From the human T2T-CHM13v2.0 reference genome, Homo sapiens: DNA of 64,000 bases. The position numbers and the translations under genes were made by a program. The stretch lies in NCBI RefSeq assembly GCF_009914755.1, contig NC_060947.1; one strand, 5' to 3'. Positions within the stretch are counted from its first letter, which is position 1. Each line of letters begins with the position of its first letter. The notes beneath the pieces are model-generated. The model was given only the letters and a program-made list of their open reading frames with translations. It had not been told where the DNA came from and searched no databases. Below, one piece after another: positions 59,615-64,000 of this stretch.

Positions 59615-60435
59615 GGTTTATTTTTTCTTGAAGTAAAACATACATACAAATTGCATTTTTACAAAGTGAACACACCTGTGTAATCCACACCAAATCAAGA
59701 AAAAGAACAGTACCAGCACCCTAGAAGCTCCCTAGTGTGCCCATCCATGCTCCTTAACTACTTCATCTAAGAGTTGCCACAATCCTCATTTCTCCCATCC
59801 AAATACTAACCAGGTCTGACGCTGCTTAGCTTCTGTGATCAGATGAGATTGGATGCGTTCAGGGTGGTATGGCCATAGACAGCACAATCCTCATTTCTAA
59901 CAGCATCGATTGGTTTTGACTGTTTTTGGACGTTGTGTGAATGGAATAAAATACCATGTACTCTTTTGTGTTTGATTTCTTTCTCTTACTGTTATTTTTG
60001 TGAGATTTGTTGCTCCCTGAATGACAGTTATTCTTACTGCCATTCTATTGCATGGATATACTGCCACTTATTTATTCATTCTATTGTTGAATTGTTTCCA
60101 TTTGGGGGCTACCATGAATAGTATGACTATAAACTTTCTCGTACTTGTCTTCTGGGGTACAAATACACTCATTTCTTTTAGGTAAATACTCAGGAATGGA
60201 ACTGCTGGGTCACTGGATATGTGTATTCTTAGCTTTAGTAGATACTGCCAAACAGTTCTTCAAGGTGGTTGTTCCAATTTTCACTCCCTTGTGCAGTGTA
60301 TGAGAGTTCCAGTTTTTCCACTTCCTTGCCAACACATGGTTTTGTCAGTTTTTGATTTTAGGCACTTTATTCAGTGTGCAGTGGTATATAGTTGTAGATT
60401 TAACTTGCATTTCCCTGATGAATAATGAAGTTGTT
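59615..60435 (-). mobile_element. Old L1ME-like 3' fragment hosting the 5S pseudogene
   Basis: L1M 3' UTR motifs (aaagtgaacacacctgtgtaatc, gatactgccaaacagtt, ttgcatttccctgatg). Confidence 0.8.
59791..59880 (-). pseudogene. 5S rRNA retropseudogene, nt 1-90 only, tailless, 16-bp TSD (possibly the annotated RNA5SP511, from memory)
   Basis: Reverse complement gtctatggccataccaccctgaacgcatccaatctcatctgatcacagaagctaagcagcgtcagacctggttagtatttggatgggaga matches 5S rRNA nt 1-90; TSD cacaatcctcatttct at 59778-59793 and 59883-59898. Confidence 0.95.
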
Positions 60436-60468
60436 ACTGCAGGGTTTTAAGGTCTAAAGAAAACTAGC

Positions 60469-63043
<2,575 letters not shown>

Positions 63044-63524
63044 AGAAAACTAGCTAAAATAACAGCTTGATAAGCATGCCATTAATCAAATTTTGTTTTC
63101 CTGATGGCTCTTAGTAGAGCATATGCCACACATGAGGTGTTAAATAAATATTTGTTAGGTGAGTGTCCAGTGAGTAAAAGTAAAGGAAAGGATGCTTAAC
63201 TGTTGCTTATAACTCTTCAGTTGACTTCACCAAGCCTTCAGAGCTTTGTTGAAGGGAATAGCTGTGGAAAACCATTATTTAATGATGTAAGGGATCACAG
63301 CTCTTCAGCAATTCTGAGTTATTTATATGAAGGAGCCTAGAAGACTTCAAGGTAAGTTATCAATAATTAAAAGGCCAGATTGAGTAGTGAAGTATCAGTT
63401 GAGAATTGCAGTGGAGAATTAACAAGTAGGGACTAAAATGTAAACTTCTTGTTTGTATCTCTTTAAATTATTCCATATACTGTGTATATTTCATATGTAT
63501 AATTTGAGGCTGATGAATACCACC

Positions 63525-63970
63525 AGTGCTCTAGTCATTTTTCAACAGATATTTATTGAACACCTACTAGATACCAGGCATTGTGTTAAATCATGGTAAA
63601 ACGAAAACAGTATAGGCTTTGGACATCAGTACACCTGGGTTTGAATCCCTGATATTCTGCAAGTTATTTAGCCTCTCATAGTCTTAACTTCCTCATTTAT
63701 AAAACAGAATTGTAATGCTTATTATGCAGGTTGTTGTGAGGATTAAATAAAGGAAAGCATGTAAAGTCCCCGGTACATGAAAGGCACATAATACCTTAGT
63801 TCCCTACAGCACCTACCAGAGTGTGATTTATATTATAATAGTATGCATTCTGCCTCCCCCTTCGGATTGTGAGTTCCTTAAGAGGAGGGAGAATCTCACT
63901 CATCTTTGTAGCCTTCAGGCCCTAACAGAGTGCCTGGCATATACTGAAAATTAAATAAATGTTTGCAGAA
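63525..63970. mobile_element. L2 and MIR fragments
   Basis: caacagatatttattgaacacctactagataccaggc (L2), cctgggtttgaatccc...ttcctcatttataaaacag (MIR), cagagtgcctggcatata...taaatgtttg (L2). Confidence 0.7.
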
Positions 63971-64000
63971 TTAAAGACCCACTCCCTTCCGTCCAGAAAT

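Noticed and set aside
59791-59880. Functional 5S rRNA gene
   Set aside because: Lacks the 3' ~30 nt and terminator, shows CpG-decay substitutions and is flanked by a TSD.

Overview
Primate, most likely human, Xq22.2 genomic DNA; the locus is recognised from sequence and memory, with no database search. The window opens in the 3' UTR of PLP1 (+ strand, poly(A) signal at 1558-1563). It also contains the whole RAB9B gene on the - strand, convergent with PLP1: a CpG-island promoter and exon 1 near 41.0-41.25 kb, a predicted 74-nt non-coding exon 2 at 35972-36045, and a last exon carrying the intronless 201-aa CDS (34146-34751) plus a ~2.85 kb 3' UTR. Most of the remainder is interspersed repeat: Alus, two L1PA copies, old L1M, MLT1 and other LTRs, MER5/Charlie/MER44 DNA transposon fossils, MIR/L2/L3, and a tailless 5S rRNA retropseudogene. 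I see no new protein-coding system. The most interesting signals are (i) a near-perfect ~165-bp inverted duplication at 7082-8160 inside ancient DNA-transposon sequence, ~5.5 kb downstream of PLP1; (ii) candidate minus-strand exons just past the PLP1 poly(A) site, suggesting an antisense RAB9B-promoter transcript running into PLP1; (iii) an LTR with a 24-bp-phased CCAAT array that also hosts a tail-to-tail inverted Alu pair; (iv) a strong CTCF motif between the two genes; and (v) several fossil retrotransposition or recombination junctions. Repeat subfamily names and boundaries are by-eye estimates.
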